DNA of 64,000 nt, from assembly GCA_001792535.1 (NCBI GenBank), contig MGGS01000007.1, positions 44 through 64,043 on the forward strand, given 5' to 3'. Positions 18,995-28,638 of this stretch are shown here, piece by piece; position 1 is the first letter of the stretch; every line of letters begins with the position of its first letter. The notes under the pieces were generated by a model. It was not told the DNA's origin. It searched no databases and saw only the letters and a program-made list of their open reading frames with translations. Source of the DNA: Candidatus Woesebacteria bacterium RIFCSPHIGHO2_02_FULL_42_20 (lineage in GTDB: Bacteria; Patescibacteriota; Microgenomatia; UBA8517). The position numbers and the translations under genes are program-made.

Positions 18995-20726
18995 AGGCGT
19001 TATGAAGAAAGTTGCACTCTTTATCTTGGTTACTTTTACCCTAGTAACCGGGTTGTATTCTATCTACAACATAATTTATTCCGGAAAAATTTACCCCGGC
19101 ATAACAATAGCCAATGCGGACATATCAGGAACGATTCCTGCCGATTCCAAATTTAAATTAATCCAGCACATTGCAATGCCCACAGAAATCACTTTGAGTT
19201 TCCAAAGTCAGGCATTTAACATCCCTACATCCTCGGTTAAGTTTGGTTATGACCTCGACAAAACTGTTGAGGCTGCCTATAGGTTTGGTCGGTCCGGAAA
19301 CGTTGCTGTTGACATCAAAAACAGTATCGCGGCACCGTTTTTAAAACCAAACTATCCCCTAAGATTTAACCTCGATCAAGAAAAACTAAACGACCTTCTT
19401 TCAACCATAGCCGAACAAGTTACTGTCGAGCCGGCAAGCCCTTATGTGGAACTGACCGACACTGGAAAAATAATTGTCAACAGAGGTAAAACCGGCACAA
19501 GCATCGATAAAGCGAAAATAGAAAAAGAAATCTTAGAAAACTTTTCTAGAAACACCTTCTCGCCCATTGTCATTTCTACCATTGAAGTAGACCCGACAAT
19601 CAACGAGCAACAAGCAAAGGTTTTGGAGCAAAGAGCCCAAAAAGTACTTGGCAAAAACGTAGCCCTGACCAGCGACAATTACAAACTCAAAATAACAGAC
19701 AAGGAAATAATCTCTCGCCTTAACGAAAACGGTTTTGACCAGGAAAAAATTTTACAAAAAGTCGCCGAAGTTTCAAGAGCCCTTAATCAGCAACCGCAAA
19801 ACCCGGTATTTATCGAAGAGAACGGCAAAGTAAAAGAGTTCACACCTTCCAAAAACGGCGTGTCGGTACTTAGCGAGATACTAGCCAAAGACATTTTGGC
19901 GGCTTTCAAACTGCTCGAGGCTTCCGAGGAAAAAATCGCCAACATTAACGTTTCAGTTGAAATTGCCGAACCGGCTATTAAAACGGAGGACATAAACAAT
20001 TTAGGAATCAAAGAACTTCTTGGTATCGGAACTTCCACTTTTAAAGGGTCTATTCCCGGAAGAATTCATAACATTGAGCTTGCCGCCAGCCGCTTAAACG
20101 GTGTACTAATCGCTCCGGGTGAAACCTTTTCATTTAACGAAGCTCTTGGGGACGTGTCACGCTACACCGGGTACCAGTCGGCCTACGTAATAAAAGACGG
20201 AAAAACAATTTTGGGCGACGGGGGCGGTGTTTGCCAGGTATCGACCACCTTCTTTAGAGCGGCTCTAGACTCTGGACTTCCAATTGTGGAACGTAGAGCC
20301 CATTCTTACCGCGTTTACTATTACGAACAGGACTCCGGTCCTGGACTGGACGCAACTGTTTACGCACCGACAACAGACCTTAAGATACAAAACGACACCC
20401 TGGGGCATATTCTAATCCAAAGCTCTACCGACACCAAAAATCTTGCCTTGAGGTTTGAGTTTTATGGCACCAGCGACGGAAGAGTAGCAACCACTACAAA
20501 ACCGGTAATCTTAAATTCCATTGCTCCACCCGAGGACCTCTATCAGGACGATCCTACACTTGCCAGCGGGGTTGTCAAGCAAACCGAACATAAGGCTTGG
20601 GGAGCAAAAGTTATCTTTGATTACTCCGTAGAGCGAAACGGAGAAAATATCTATAAAAAACAATTCGTGAGTAACTACCGCCCCTGGCAAGCCATATTTC
20701 TGCGAGGTACGGCCCCCGCTCAGTAG
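18978..20726 (+). CDS. VanW family protein (membrane-anchored, cell-wall associated)
   Basis: C-terminal half GVLIAPGETFSFNEALGDVSRYTGYQSAYVIKDGKTILGDGGGVCQVSTTFFRAALDSGLPIVERRAHSYRVYYY is the VanW domain signature. N-terminal TM. 582 aa. Confidence 0.75.
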   Translation: MISYSKGVMKKVALFILVTFTLVTGLYSIYNIIYSGKIYPGITIANADISGTIPADSKFKLIQHIAMPTEITLSFQSQAFNIPTSSVKFGYDLDKTVEAAYRFGRSGNVAVDIKNSIAAPFLKPNYPLRFNLDQEKLNDLLSTIAEQVTVEPASPYVELTDTGKIIVNRGKTGTSIDKAKIEKEILENFSRNTFSPIVISTIEVDPTINEQQAKVLEQRAQKVLGKNVALTSDNYKLKITDKEIISRLNENGFDQEKILQKVAEVSRALNQQPQNPVFIEENGKVKEFTPSKNGVSVLSEILAKDILAAFKLLEASEEKIANINVSVEIAEPAIKTEDINNLGIKELLGIGTSTFKGSIPGRIHNIELAASRLNGVLIAPGETFSFNEALGDVSRYTGYQSAYVIKDGKTILGDGGGVCQVSTTFFRAALDSGLPIVERRAHSYRVYYYEQDSGPGLDATVYAPTTDLKIQNDTLGHILIQSSTDTKNLALRFEFYGTSDGRVATTTKPVILNSIAPPEDLYQDDPTLASGVVKQTEHKAWGAKVIFDYSVERNGENIYKKQFVSNYRPWQAIFLRGTAPAQ

Positions 20727-20745
20727 TTTGTACAAAGTTACAACG

Positions 20746-20777
20746 TTGACAAAGTTCACAAAATATTTTATTATAAT
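20746..20777 (+). promoter_or_regulatory. Putative sigma70-type promoter for phd-vapC (TTGACA-17-TATTAT) with flanking ACAAAGTT direct repeats
   Basis: ttgaca at 20746-20751, 17-nt spacer, tattat at 20769-20774. caaagtt repeats at 20732-20739 and 20750-20757 could be an antitoxin operator. Confidence 0.35.
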
Positions 20778-20863
20778 CCCATACCCAAAATACTCTGGTT
20801 TGCATCTAAAAATGACATTTTGGGGGATCAAAATCACTAACGAAGAGTTACAAACTCAAGTTA

Positions 20864-21142
20864 GTGGAGTTTATGCAAACAATAACCATTAAAGAAACCA
20901 GAAACAATTTAGCTGAATTAATTGAAAAGGTCGCTGTGGGAAATAAAACCTTTATCATCACAAAATTTGGTAAGGCTAAAGCTCAACTTACTCCAGTAAG
21001 CAAGAATATGTCTCAAAAACAAAAAAAGAAAGATTTCCCCGGATTTGGCATGTGGGCAGATAGAAAAGATATGCAAGATTCAGCAAAATGGGTAGCCAAA
21101 ATAAGAAGTGAGTGGAAAAATAGGTATGAACCAACTCCTTGA
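20864..21142 (+). CDS. phd: Phd/YefM-family antitoxin
   Basis: 92 aa. TIKETRNNLAELIEKVAVGNKTFIITKFGKAKAQL matches the Phd/YefM N-terminal fold consensus. Overlaps the downstream PIN toxin. Confidence 0.75.
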   Translation: MEFMQTITIKETRNNLAELIEKVAVGNKTFIITKFGKAKAQLTPVSKNMSQKQKKKDFPGFGMWADRKDMQDSAKWVAKIRSEWKNRYEPTP

Positions 21143-21506
21143 TACTACTGTTTTTGTTGATTACTACAGAAAAGCTCCTCGGGCACAGCAATTCCTTCAG
21201 AATGAAACTGCTTTACTCTGCTCGGTTATCACCGCTGCAGAACTCATCCGGGGTTCCCGAAATAAAAATGAACAAAGAAACGTTGAAAAGTTGCTGTCAA
21301 AAATCGAGCTTGTACCACTTAACACTCAAATAGGAACCATTATGCTCGAACTAATGAAAAAGTATTATCTTTCGCACGGGTTGCAAATCCCCGACGCTTT
21401 AATAGCTGCGACTGCAATAGAAGAAGCTTTAACATTGGTTACCTCAAACGTCAAACATTTCTCTTTCATAAAAGGATTAAAGCTTGAAGACTGGAGTAGG
21501 CTTTAG
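21126..21506 (+). CDS. vapC: VapC-type PIN-domain toxin
   Basis: MNQLLDTTVFVDYY (first acidic residue), ...PDALIAATAIEEALTLVTSNVKHF (PIN C-terminal Asp and T.N.KdF block). Confidence 0.8.
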   Translation: MNQLLDTTVFVDYYRKAPRAQQFLQNETALLCSVITAAELIRGSRNKNEQRNVEKLLSKIELVPLNTQIGTIMLELMKKYYLSHGLQIPDALIAATAIEEALTLVTSNVKHFSFIKGLKLEDWSRL

Positions 21507-21581
21507 AAAAATCAGAAAGTCATCTTTGAAAGAGTTTAGTCATACTCCATTTTTGCTTCGAAATGATATACTACAGGATCT

Positions 21582-22196
21582 ATGCGAGAGTACGAAACCA
21601 GAGTTGCAACTCCTCACGACATAACTGGGATGGCTCAGTTTGAAACCAGAAAATTACTGGAATTGATCATGAACGGTGTTTTACCGGAGTGTGATTTAAG
21701 TTTTGGGTCAGACGAAATTTGTCCAAGAATAGATTTCAATCAACTTCGAAGAATGAGGGCAACCCATCTGGAAAACGATCAAGGTCAAAACGGTAGGGTG
21801 CAAATTGTTTGCCTAGACCGCAATGGCCAGATAACAGGCTCTGGTAAGGTGCGAATTGTACCTGAAGAAAAAAGAGCCGTTTTCTATGGAAATTATGCTG
21901 ATAGGAATACGGGATTACATGTACTAAGAGCTTCCATTAAAGAACTTGAAAAGTTAGAGTCGGAATTTGGAACAACCATTACTACGGTGTCAATTAGCCG
22001 ATATGAACAATCAGAGAATTCAAAACCATTTTTTAAAACAATAGCAGGTTGGGTAAACGGAGCAAAAACAGATTCAATAATAATAGATACTTACAAATGG
22101 AAAGGGCACAACGTTTTCCGTTTTACAACCAGCAGAGATGTATTTGAAGATTTAGTAGAAGAATTTGCTCCGAAAGTATCTGCTTTTCTTTCTTGA
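21582..22196 (+). CDS. Hypothetical protein (204 aa, soluble, no recognised motif) carried with the Phd/VapC insertion
   Basis: Clean ORF with the local codon style. No family recognised by inspection. Confidence 0.45.
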   Translation: MREYETRVATPHDITGMAQFETRKLLELIMNGVLPECDLSFGSDEICPRIDFNQLRRMRATHLENDQGQNGRVQIVCLDRNGQITGSGKVRIVPEEKRAVFYGNYADRNTGLHVLRASIKELEKLESEFGTTITTVSISRYEQSENSKPFFKTIAGWVNGAKTDSIIIDTYKWKGHNVFRFTTSRDVFEDLVEEFAPKVSAFLS

Positions 22197-22306
22197 AACG
22201 CCCCGACTATGCTAAAATTACATTGTAAGCAAAGATTTCATACAAAACTATAATGAGTAATATATTTCTTCTCTAGTACATTTTTGTTGTTGAAATACGG
22301 AATATA

Positions 22307-22590
22307 TGAACATTAAGAAAATTAGCGAAATTGAAGTTGACGAGATTGTGAAAACACTTGAAAAGGGTTGGTCATTATGCCGACCGAAACGGTTTACGGC
22401 GCGTTTACCGATGCGACACTGCCAACTGGAACATTTAAGCAAGTTGAGCACAAAGCCTGGGGTGTAAAGGTTATATTTGATTACTCCGTAAAGAGAAACG
22501 GAGAAGAAATCTATAAAAAACAATTCGTGAGTAACTCCCAGCCATGACAAGCGGTGTTTCTGCGTGGTACAAACCCTGTTCAGTAATTAG
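22307..22590 (+). pseudogene. Chimeric gene relic: degenerate 5' fragment of tsaC (22307-~22420, frameshifted) fused to a degenerate 3' fragment of vanW (~22420-22590, with internal stop)
   Basis: 22307- encodes MNIKKISEIEVDEIVKTLEKGWSL/MPTETVYGAFTDAT, compared with tsaC MKTIKTGSIEKIVDTLKNGGLVIMPTETVYIAAVDAT at 23871. 22433-22586 is ~85% identical to 20574-20726, the last ~50 codons of vanW: ...EHKAWGVKVIFDYSVKRNGEEIYKKQFVSNSQP*. Confidence 0.65.
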
Positions 22591-22614
22591 CAACGTTGTT
22601 GTAAATAAGACTTT

Positions 22615-23817
22615 TTAAGACCCGAGCTCTATAGCCGCCTTCACATAAACCTCTAAAATTTTAACTAAAGAGTCTATTTTTAAATACTCATCTGAAGAAT
22701 GAGCCCCTTCGCCTTCCACACCGAAACCACACACCGTAGGTATACCAACTTTGTTGAACAAGTAGGCCTCGTTAATTGGCCCTGATCCTTCAATTACAGG
22801 TTGAGTCTTTAACACATTTTTTGATAAAGATTGTAAAATCTTAACTATCTTTTCGTTTCTAGAAATTACTGAACCCTGGACGCTCCTTATTAACTTTGGC
22901 TTAATTAGTATTTTATCTTTCGATTTTTTCTTAGCTAACTTCTTTATCCACTTTATATAAACATCTCTATCCTGATTGGGTAAAAACCTTGCGTCTATGA
23001 TCAGCTTTACACTATCCGGTACTATTCCTACAGCAGAACCCCCCTTAATATAAATTGGTGTTTGTATAAAACAATAACCTGGAAAGTCCTTGTGATATTC
23101 GGTTTCAAAGTGAAATTTATCCAAACTTTGTAAAAAATCGACTGTGGCGGTTATTGCACTTTTACCTTTTTTGCCCAACTGCCAAGATTTAGAACCTACA
23201 TGTGCTGCCTCACCTAGTACCTCTATAGACATTTTTACCAAGCCCCTATGTCCAATTTTAATTGCGTCTAACCCTGGATATGTATAAATCGCGGCCTCCG
23301 CGTTAAGCCCTTTCTCTAACAAAAATTTACTACCCAAAGGAGAATCTGCTCCAACCTCTTCATCAGAAGATGCCACAAATTTTGCGATGTCATTGTAGCC
23401 CAAATCCGATATGATCTTAAGCGCGTAAATCGAAAGAGCAATACCTCCTTTGCAATCAATTGCGCCACGTCCGAATAACTTACCGTCCTCAACTTCTGCA
23501 GCAAAAGGTTTATGCTTCCACAACCTTCTATCTCCTACTGGGGCCGTATCCAAATGCGCGGCAAACAATAATCCTCTTTTTTGCGAATAATTAGTACCAA
23601 TAAAAACATTGGGTCTTTCTTTGTCTAAAGCAACAATCTGTACCGGTAAGCGCAACCTCTGTGCTTTTTTAAAAACTAATGCAGCAACATGTTTTTCCTT
23701 GTCCAACCCATTGACTGAAGGTATTCTAACCAGCTCTTTACAAAAATTTACCAGGTCATCTTCATATAAATCTATTTTCTTTTGGATTGTTTTGGAGGCA
23801 CGACTGCTTAACATCAA
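22615..23817 (-). CDS. M20-family metallopeptidase (ArgE/DapE/CPG2-like)
   Basis: 400 aa. AAHLDTAPVGD (metal-binding His/Asp block) and GRGAIDCKGG match the M20 signature. Confidence 0.8.
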   Translation of the reverse strand: MMLSSRASKTIQKKIDLYEDDLVNFCKELVRIPSVNGLDKEKHVAALVFKKAQRLRLPVQIVALDKERPNVFIGTNYSQKRGLLFAAHLDTAPVGDRRLWKHKPFAAEVEDGKLFGRGAIDCKGGIALSIYALKIISDLGYNDIAKFVASSDEEVGADSPLGSKFLLEKGLNAEAAIYTYPGLDAIKIGHRGLVKMSIEVLGEAAHVGSKSWQLGKKGKSAITATVDFLQSLDKFHFETEYHKDFPGYCFIQTPIYIKGGSAVGIVPDSVKLIIDARFLPNQDRDVYIKWIKKLAKKKSKDKILIKPKLIRSVQGSVISRNEKIVKILQSLSKNVLKTQPVIEGSGPINEAYLFNKVGIPTVCGFGVEGEGAHSSDEYLKIDSLVKILEVYVKAAIELGS

Positions 23818-23870
23818 TCTGAATTATAAACTAAACTAAGTCTGTGTTAAAATTTGTTTTTAAAAAAACC

Positions 23871-24914
23871 ATGAAAACAATAAAGACTGGCTCCATCGAA
23901 AAGATCGTTGACACCCTTAAAAACGGCGGACTTGTAATTATGCCCACGGAAACCGTCTATATAGCAGCTGTCGATGCAACAAACCACGCGGCAGTCCAAA
24001 AACTAATTAAATATAAAAACAGGCCGTTTGGAAAGCCGTTTTCAGTCGGCGTTGCCGACCTTAAAATGGCACAAGTTTTGGCCAAAATGAATCAAACCGC
24101 GCTTAATCTTTATAAAAACTTTTACCCCGGACCAGTCACAATTGTTTGCAGTGGTAAACATAAAGTTGCAACAGGGATAGAATCAGAACTGGGGACATTG
24201 GGCATATTTGTTACGGATCACAAATTAACAATTGACGTTATTAAGGCTCTTGGCAAACCAATTACTACTACTTCTGCAAACGCAAGTTACCAAAAAAGAC
24301 CTTTTAAAATTAAGGATTTGTTAGATTTTCTCTCAATTAAACAAAAGGGGCTGATTGACCTAATTGTTGATGCCGGCGAGATTCCTTACCGGGAAGCTTC
24401 TACCGTCATTGACACGACAATCGACGATCCAGCAGTACTGCGACAGGGTGAAATCAGACTAAAAGACAAAAACGAAGTACTAAGCAGAAGCGAAGAAAGT
24501 ACCCAAAATATAGGGAAAGAACTTTGGCAAAAATTTGAAAAGTACTTCGGGCAAAGAGCGCTGGTCTTTGCCTTAGAGGGACCGATGGGAGTAGGAAAAA
24601 CCGTCTTTACAAAAGGGCTGGCCCGCGCAATGGGAATAAAGGATGAAATAGTATCCCCTACTTATAATCTGGAGGAAGAATACGATAATGGAAAGCTTCA
24701 CCACTTCGATGCGTGGAGAATAGAGAATAATGAGGAACTTAACAATTTAGAATTCTCCAAAAAAATAACTGACAAAACTGTTATTGCAATTGAGTGGGCG
24801 GACAGAGTTGCGGATGAAATAAGAAAGTATAGCGAAGAAGCAATAATCATATGGATCAAAATAGAATATGCTAGAGGGGAGAATGAGAGAATAGTGTCTT
24901 GGGGAACTTTATGA
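23871..24914 (+). CDS. tsaC: Fusion protein TsaC (YrdC/Sua5, threonylcarbamoyl-AMP synthase) plus TsaE (YjeE P-loop ATPase) of the t6A37 pathway
   Basis: N-terminal ~200 aa has YrdC blocks (MPTETVYIAA; KNRPFGKPFSV; TTSANASYQ; STVID). C-terminal ~140 aa has TsaE blocks (LEGPMGVGKTVFTKGLARAMGI; VSPTYNLEEEY; HFDAWRIE). Start taken at MKTIK, supported by the relic copy. Confidence 0.75.
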   Translation: MKTIKTGSIEKIVDTLKNGGLVIMPTETVYIAAVDATNHAAVQKLIKYKNRPFGKPFSVGVADLKMAQVLAKMNQTALNLYKNFYPGPVTIVCSGKHKVATGIESELGTLGIFVTDHKLTIDVIKALGKPITTTSANASYQKRPFKIKDLLDFLSIKQKGLIDLIVDAGEIPYREASTVIDTTIDDPAVLRQGEIRLKDKNEVLSRSEESTQNIGKELWQKFEKYFGQRALVFALEGPMGVGKTVFTKGLARAMGIKDEIVSPTYNLEEEYDNGKLHHFDAWRIENNEELNNLEFSKKITDKTVIAIEWADRVADEIRKYSEEAIIIWIKIEYARGENERIVSWGTL

Positions 24915-25975
24915 AGATACTTGCGATAGACACATCGACTGACGAGACAGCCGCTGCAGTAACGCAAGGAATTAAAGTTTTGTCAAATATTATTTGGTCA
25001 CAAGCTTCGCTTCACGCTAAATGGGGTGGAGTTTACCCGTCACTTGCAAAAAGGGTACACCTGGAAAGAATTGATTGGGTTGTGTCAAAAGCACTTTCTT
25101 CTGCTAAATGTGAAGCTGATAATATTAATGCTATCGCGGTCGGCACAGGACCAGGACTCGCCGTGGCTATCGAAGTAGGCCTTGCCAAGGCAAAGAAGAT
25201 TAGCTTGTTGCTTAACAAGCCTTTTATAGCAATAAATCACGTCGAGGGCCATTTATTAAGCGTTCTTGCAAAACCTAAAACTTCACGTCAACAAAGACCT
25301 AAAGACATTGTCGGTTTTCCGGCAATTGGCTTGGTTGCCTCGGGAGGGACTACGCAGCTGGTTTTAATAATGCGAGTGGGAACTTATGAAATTCTTGCAC
25401 ATACAATAGATGACGCTCTGGGAGAAGCGCTTGATAAAGCTGCCAGAATGCTGGGCCTCGGTTATCCAGGAGGGCCTATTCTTGAAATAATGGCGAAAGA
25501 AGGCGATCCAAAAACCTATAATTTACCAATTCCGATGCTTGGCAAAGAAAACAGGTCAAGGTTCAGCTACTCAGGAATCAAAACCGCAATGTACAAACTG
25601 GTACAAAATGAGCAACCTCTCACTAAAGAGAAAATACATAATCTTGCCGCCTCTTTTCAAGACAAAACATTTCAACATGTCGAAAGACTTATCCGAAAGG
25701 TATTGGAAACATATAAAGTCAAGGAGTTTTTTTTGACGGGAGGGGTGTCAGCAAACATTGAGCTTCGAAAAAGGATAAGAAAAATTTGCAATGAAAGAGA
25801 AATTATCTTATCTATCCCCTACTCTAAAAAACTTTGTACGGACAACGCCGCAATGATTGGAATTGCTGCTAACTTTAAATTTCAAAGAGGAGAAATTGTA
25901 ACATCAACTAACCTTGACTTGGTTGACAGAGTTCCGAGAGCAAGGGTCGATAAAAAGTTCCCTTGGGAAAAGTAG
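24911..25975 (+). CDS. tsaD: tRNA N6-adenosine threonylcarbamoyltransferase TsaD (Kae1/Gcp family)
   Basis: MKILAIDTSTDETAAAV; metal-binding INHVEGHLLS; GGVSAN block. ~355 aa, compatible with TsaD rather than TsaB. ATGA overlap with the upstream gene. Confidence 0.85.
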   Translation: MKILAIDTSTDETAAAVTQGIKVLSNIIWSQASLHAKWGGVYPSLAKRVHLERIDWVVSKALSSAKCEADNINAIAVGTGPGLAVAIEVGLAKAKKISLLLNKPFIAINHVEGHLLSVLAKPKTSRQQRPKDIVGFPAIGLVASGGTTQLVLIMRVGTYEILAHTIDDALGEALDKAARMLGLGYPGGPILEIMAKEGDPKTYNLPIPMLGKENRSRFSYSGIKTAMYKLVQNEQPLTKEKIHNLAASFQDKTFQHVERLIRKVLETYKVKEFFLTGGVSANIELRKRIRKICNEREIILSIPYSKKLCTDNAAMIGIAANFKFQRGEIVTSTNLDLVDRVPRARVDKKFPWEK

Positions 25976-26039
25976 TCGCTTTTTTTGGAGCGGTTTAGGA
26001 CTTATAGTATTGCACGTGTTAGGAAAATATACATACTTT

Positions 26040-26068
26040 TTGTCTATCATGAATTCAGGCGGTATAAT
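26040..26068 (+). promoter_or_regulatory. Putative sigma70-type promoter (TTGTCT-17-TATAAT) for valS; near-leaderless GTG start
   Basis: ttgtct at 26040-45, 17-nt spacer, tataat at 26063-68. The valS GTG lies at 26080. Confidence 0.35.
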
Positions 26069-26079
26069 AGCCCAGTAAC

Positions 26080-28338
26080 GTGGATAAAATTTACGATCAC
26101 AAAAAATACGAGGAAAAGATTTATAAACTTTGGGAGAAGTCAGGTGCTTTTACCCCAAAAGTCGACAATAACAAAAAACCTTATACGATAATTCTCCCTC
26201 TCCCCAATGCTAGCGGTAAAATGCATACCGGCAATGTTTTAATGATTGCTATTGAGGATTTACTTATTCGCTGGAAGCGAATGCAAGGCTTTAGTGCCCT
26301 TTGGATACCGGGGACGGATCATGCAGGAATTGAAACTCAAGTTACCTTCGAACGTCATTTGAAAGAAACAGGAAAATCGCGTTTTGATTTTGACCGGCAG
26401 ACTCTATACAAAATGATTTGGGGCTTTGTTCAAGAAAACAAACACCTAATTGAAAGCCAAATACGAAGCATGGGGGCATCAGTCGACTGGACGCGCTACA
26501 AATTTTCACTAGACCCCGATATTGTCGACACTGTTTTAACCACTTTCGAGAAATTACATGCCGACGGCTTAGTTTACAAGGACGATTATATGGTCAACTA
26601 CTGTCCGGGCTGCGGTACTACTTTCGCTGACCTCGAAGTAGTTCATAAAGAAAGAAAGGACCCTCTTTACTACGTCCGATACCCCTTAGTTAACAAGGGT
26701 AAAAGTGAGCCAGACTATATAGTTGTCGCGACGGTACGGCCTGAACCGATCTTTGTAGATACGCATCTGGCTGTCAATCCCAAAGACAAGAAAAATAATT
26801 GGCTTGTGGGCAAAAAAGTAAAAAATCCGTTGACCGGCAAAGATATGGAAATTATTGCCGACGACTTTGTTGATCCAAAGTTTGGAACCGGGATCGTCAA
26901 AATGACTCCTGCTCATGACAAAGTTGATCTGGAAGTAGCTAAAAAACATTCTCTGCCAATAAACAAAGCACTTGACCTTAATGGGAAAGTATTGCCAGAG
27001 GGAGGAAAACTCACAGGACTCAACGTAGTGCAAGCACGCAAAATGGCTGTTAAAATCTTGGGAGATAAAGGACTGCTGGAAAAAGTCGACCGAAACTACA
27101 GCCACTCGGTGGCAGTTTGTTACAAAGTCGGCCACGACATCGAGCCGACAATCCTTCCTAATTGGTTTGTAAAAGTAGCAACTTTAAAAAAACCGGCGCA
27201 TGATGCCGTCAAGAGGGGTAAAGTCAGAATATTCCCCAAATGGCAGGAGATTAAATATCACAGGTGGATGGAATCGATGCTCGACTGGCCGGTATCTCGG
27301 CAAGCCGTTTGGGGCATTCGGATCCCCGTTTGGTATAACCTCAAGCAAAATCCAAAAATTGCTCTTTCATTCATCAACAAAAAAGGAAAAACGGTTAGTG
27401 GACCAGTCGATGAACTTACTAAGAAATATTCCCTCGCCGAAATCGAAAAAGGCCTGCAAACACTCATTGCGCCTCACGATGCACAGTACAGGATCTCTAA
27501 AAAAAGTCCGGGGAAAGGATACTTGCAGGAAACAGATACTTTCGACACTTGGTTCTCTTCCGGCCAATGGCCATTAGTAACACTGGGATATCCTGCCTCC
27601 GCTGACTTTAAAAATTTCTATCCCACGGATGTGCTCGAAACCGCGTGGGAAATCTTGCGTCTTTGGGTATCCAGGATGATTATGTTCGGAATATATTTGA
27701 CAGGCAAATCACCTTTCAAAGATGTCTACTTGCATGGAGTTGTTCGGGCGTTGGACGGCAAAAAGATGAGTAAAAGTTTGGGCAACGTAATAAACCCCGA
27801 CGACTATCAAACAGAATTCGGCACAGACGCTTTGAGAATGGGACTTGTTATCGGCAATGCCAACGGCCACGATTTTAATTTTCCCCGGGACAAAGTAACT
27901 TCGGCAAAAAACTTCGCCAATAAAATTTGGAATATGGGAAGGTTTATGAAGTTCATGTTTGAAAAATGTGAAACCAAAGTGCCTTTTTATTCACCAGATT
28001 TAACCTCAAATCTTAAAAAAGAGGATAAAATAATAATTAAAAAATTAAACACACTTGTCAATAAAACTGACTCTTCATTGGAAAAATATCGCTTTGCAGA
28101 TGCAGCTGATGCAATATACCACTTTATGTGGCACGAACTGGCAGATAAATATATAGAGACAATGAAGAACAGAGCAGATAAAGATATTGCACTGTCGGTG
28201 TTAAGACATATTTATTTAAACTGTCTCAAACTTCTACACCCATTCATGCCGTTTGTCACCGAAGCCATCTGGCAGGAGCTTAAGCCTTTACGCAAGAAAA
28301 AGGGGTTGCTGATTACCTCCCTCTGGCCGAGAAGCTAA
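26080..28338 (+). CDS. valS: Valine--tRNA ligase (class I aaRS), compact form
   Basis: HIGH-region variant PLPNASGKMHTGN and KMSKS motif (KMSKSLGNV). N-terminal YDHKKYEEKIYKLWEKSGAF and AHDKVDLEVAKKHSLP resemble ValRS rather than IleRS/LeuRS. 752 aa, lacking the long C-terminal coiled coil. Confidence 0.7.
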   Translation: MDKIYDHKKYEEKIYKLWEKSGAFTPKVDNNKKPYTIILPLPNASGKMHTGNVLMIAIEDLLIRWKRMQGFSALWIPGTDHAGIETQVTFERHLKETGKSRFDFDRQTLYKMIWGFVQENKHLIESQIRSMGASVDWTRYKFSLDPDIVDTVLTTFEKLHADGLVYKDDYMVNYCPGCGTTFADLEVVHKERKDPLYYVRYPLVNKGKSEPDYIVVATVRPEPIFVDTHLAVNPKDKKNNWLVGKKVKNPLTGKDMEIIADDFVDPKFGTGIVKMTPAHDKVDLEVAKKHSLPINKALDLNGKVLPEGGKLTGLNVVQARKMAVKILGDKGLLEKVDRNYSHSVAVCYKVGHDIEPTILPNWFVKVATLKKPAHDAVKRGKVRIFPKWQEIKYHRWMESMLDWPVSRQAVWGIRIPVWYNLKQNPKIALSFINKKGKTVSGPVDELTKKYSLAEIEKGLQTLIAPHDAQYRISKKSPGKGYLQETDTFDTWFSSGQWPLVTLGYPASADFKNFYPTDVLETAWEILRLWVSRMIMFGIYLTGKSPFKDVYLHGVVRALDGKKMSKSLGNVINPDDYQTEFGTDALRMGLVIGNANGHDFNFPRDKVTSAKNFANKIWNMGRFMKFMFEKCETKVPFYSPDLTSNLKKEDKIIIKKLNTLVNKTDSSLEKYRFADAADAIYHFMWHELADKYIETMKNRADKDIALSVLRHIYLNCLKLLHPFMPFVTEAIWQELKPLRKKKGLLITSLWPRS

Positions 28339-28637
28339 CCTCTTGAAGTTAGAACCAGTATCGAGCCACCAATTGCAATCGCTACCTCGACAAGAATCAG
28401 GATTACCCAAAAAACCGGCCGTGCAACTTTTTTCTCTTCTTCCACAACAGCCACCTGAGCTTGGCCCGGGAGGCCGACAATCGACTGGTTCGACACAATA
28501 GGTTGGACTACAGCCTGGGTCTGCCGGTGGTCTTCCGGGGCAACAGGTATATTTTTACTCGACGAATACTGGCCACCACCGGAAGCGGGGAAAATCGGGT
28601 CGTCTACCGGAGCTGTTAACTGGGCAGAGTCTGTCAT
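28335..28637 (-). CDS. Small hypothetical protein with C-terminal TM
   Basis: 100 aa. Gln/Val-rich N-terminus, TM FWVILILVEVAIAIGGSILVL. Last gene of the minus-strand operon. Confidence 0.35.
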   Translation of the reverse strand: MTDSAQLTAPVDDPIFPASGGGQYSSSKNIPVAPEDHRQTQAVVQPIVSNQSIVGLPGQAQVAVVEEEKKVARPVFWVILILVEVAIAIGGSILVLTSRG

Positions 28638-28638
28638 C

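Noticed and set aside
22248-22550. 100-aa minus-strand ORF
   Set aside because: Lies antisense across the tsaC'/vanW' relic. Its translation (…HELFFIDFFSVSLYGVIKYNLY…) is the mirror-strand reading of the degenerate vanW fragment, not an independent gene. The similar ORF 20511-20837 is likewise antisense to the real vanW 3' end.
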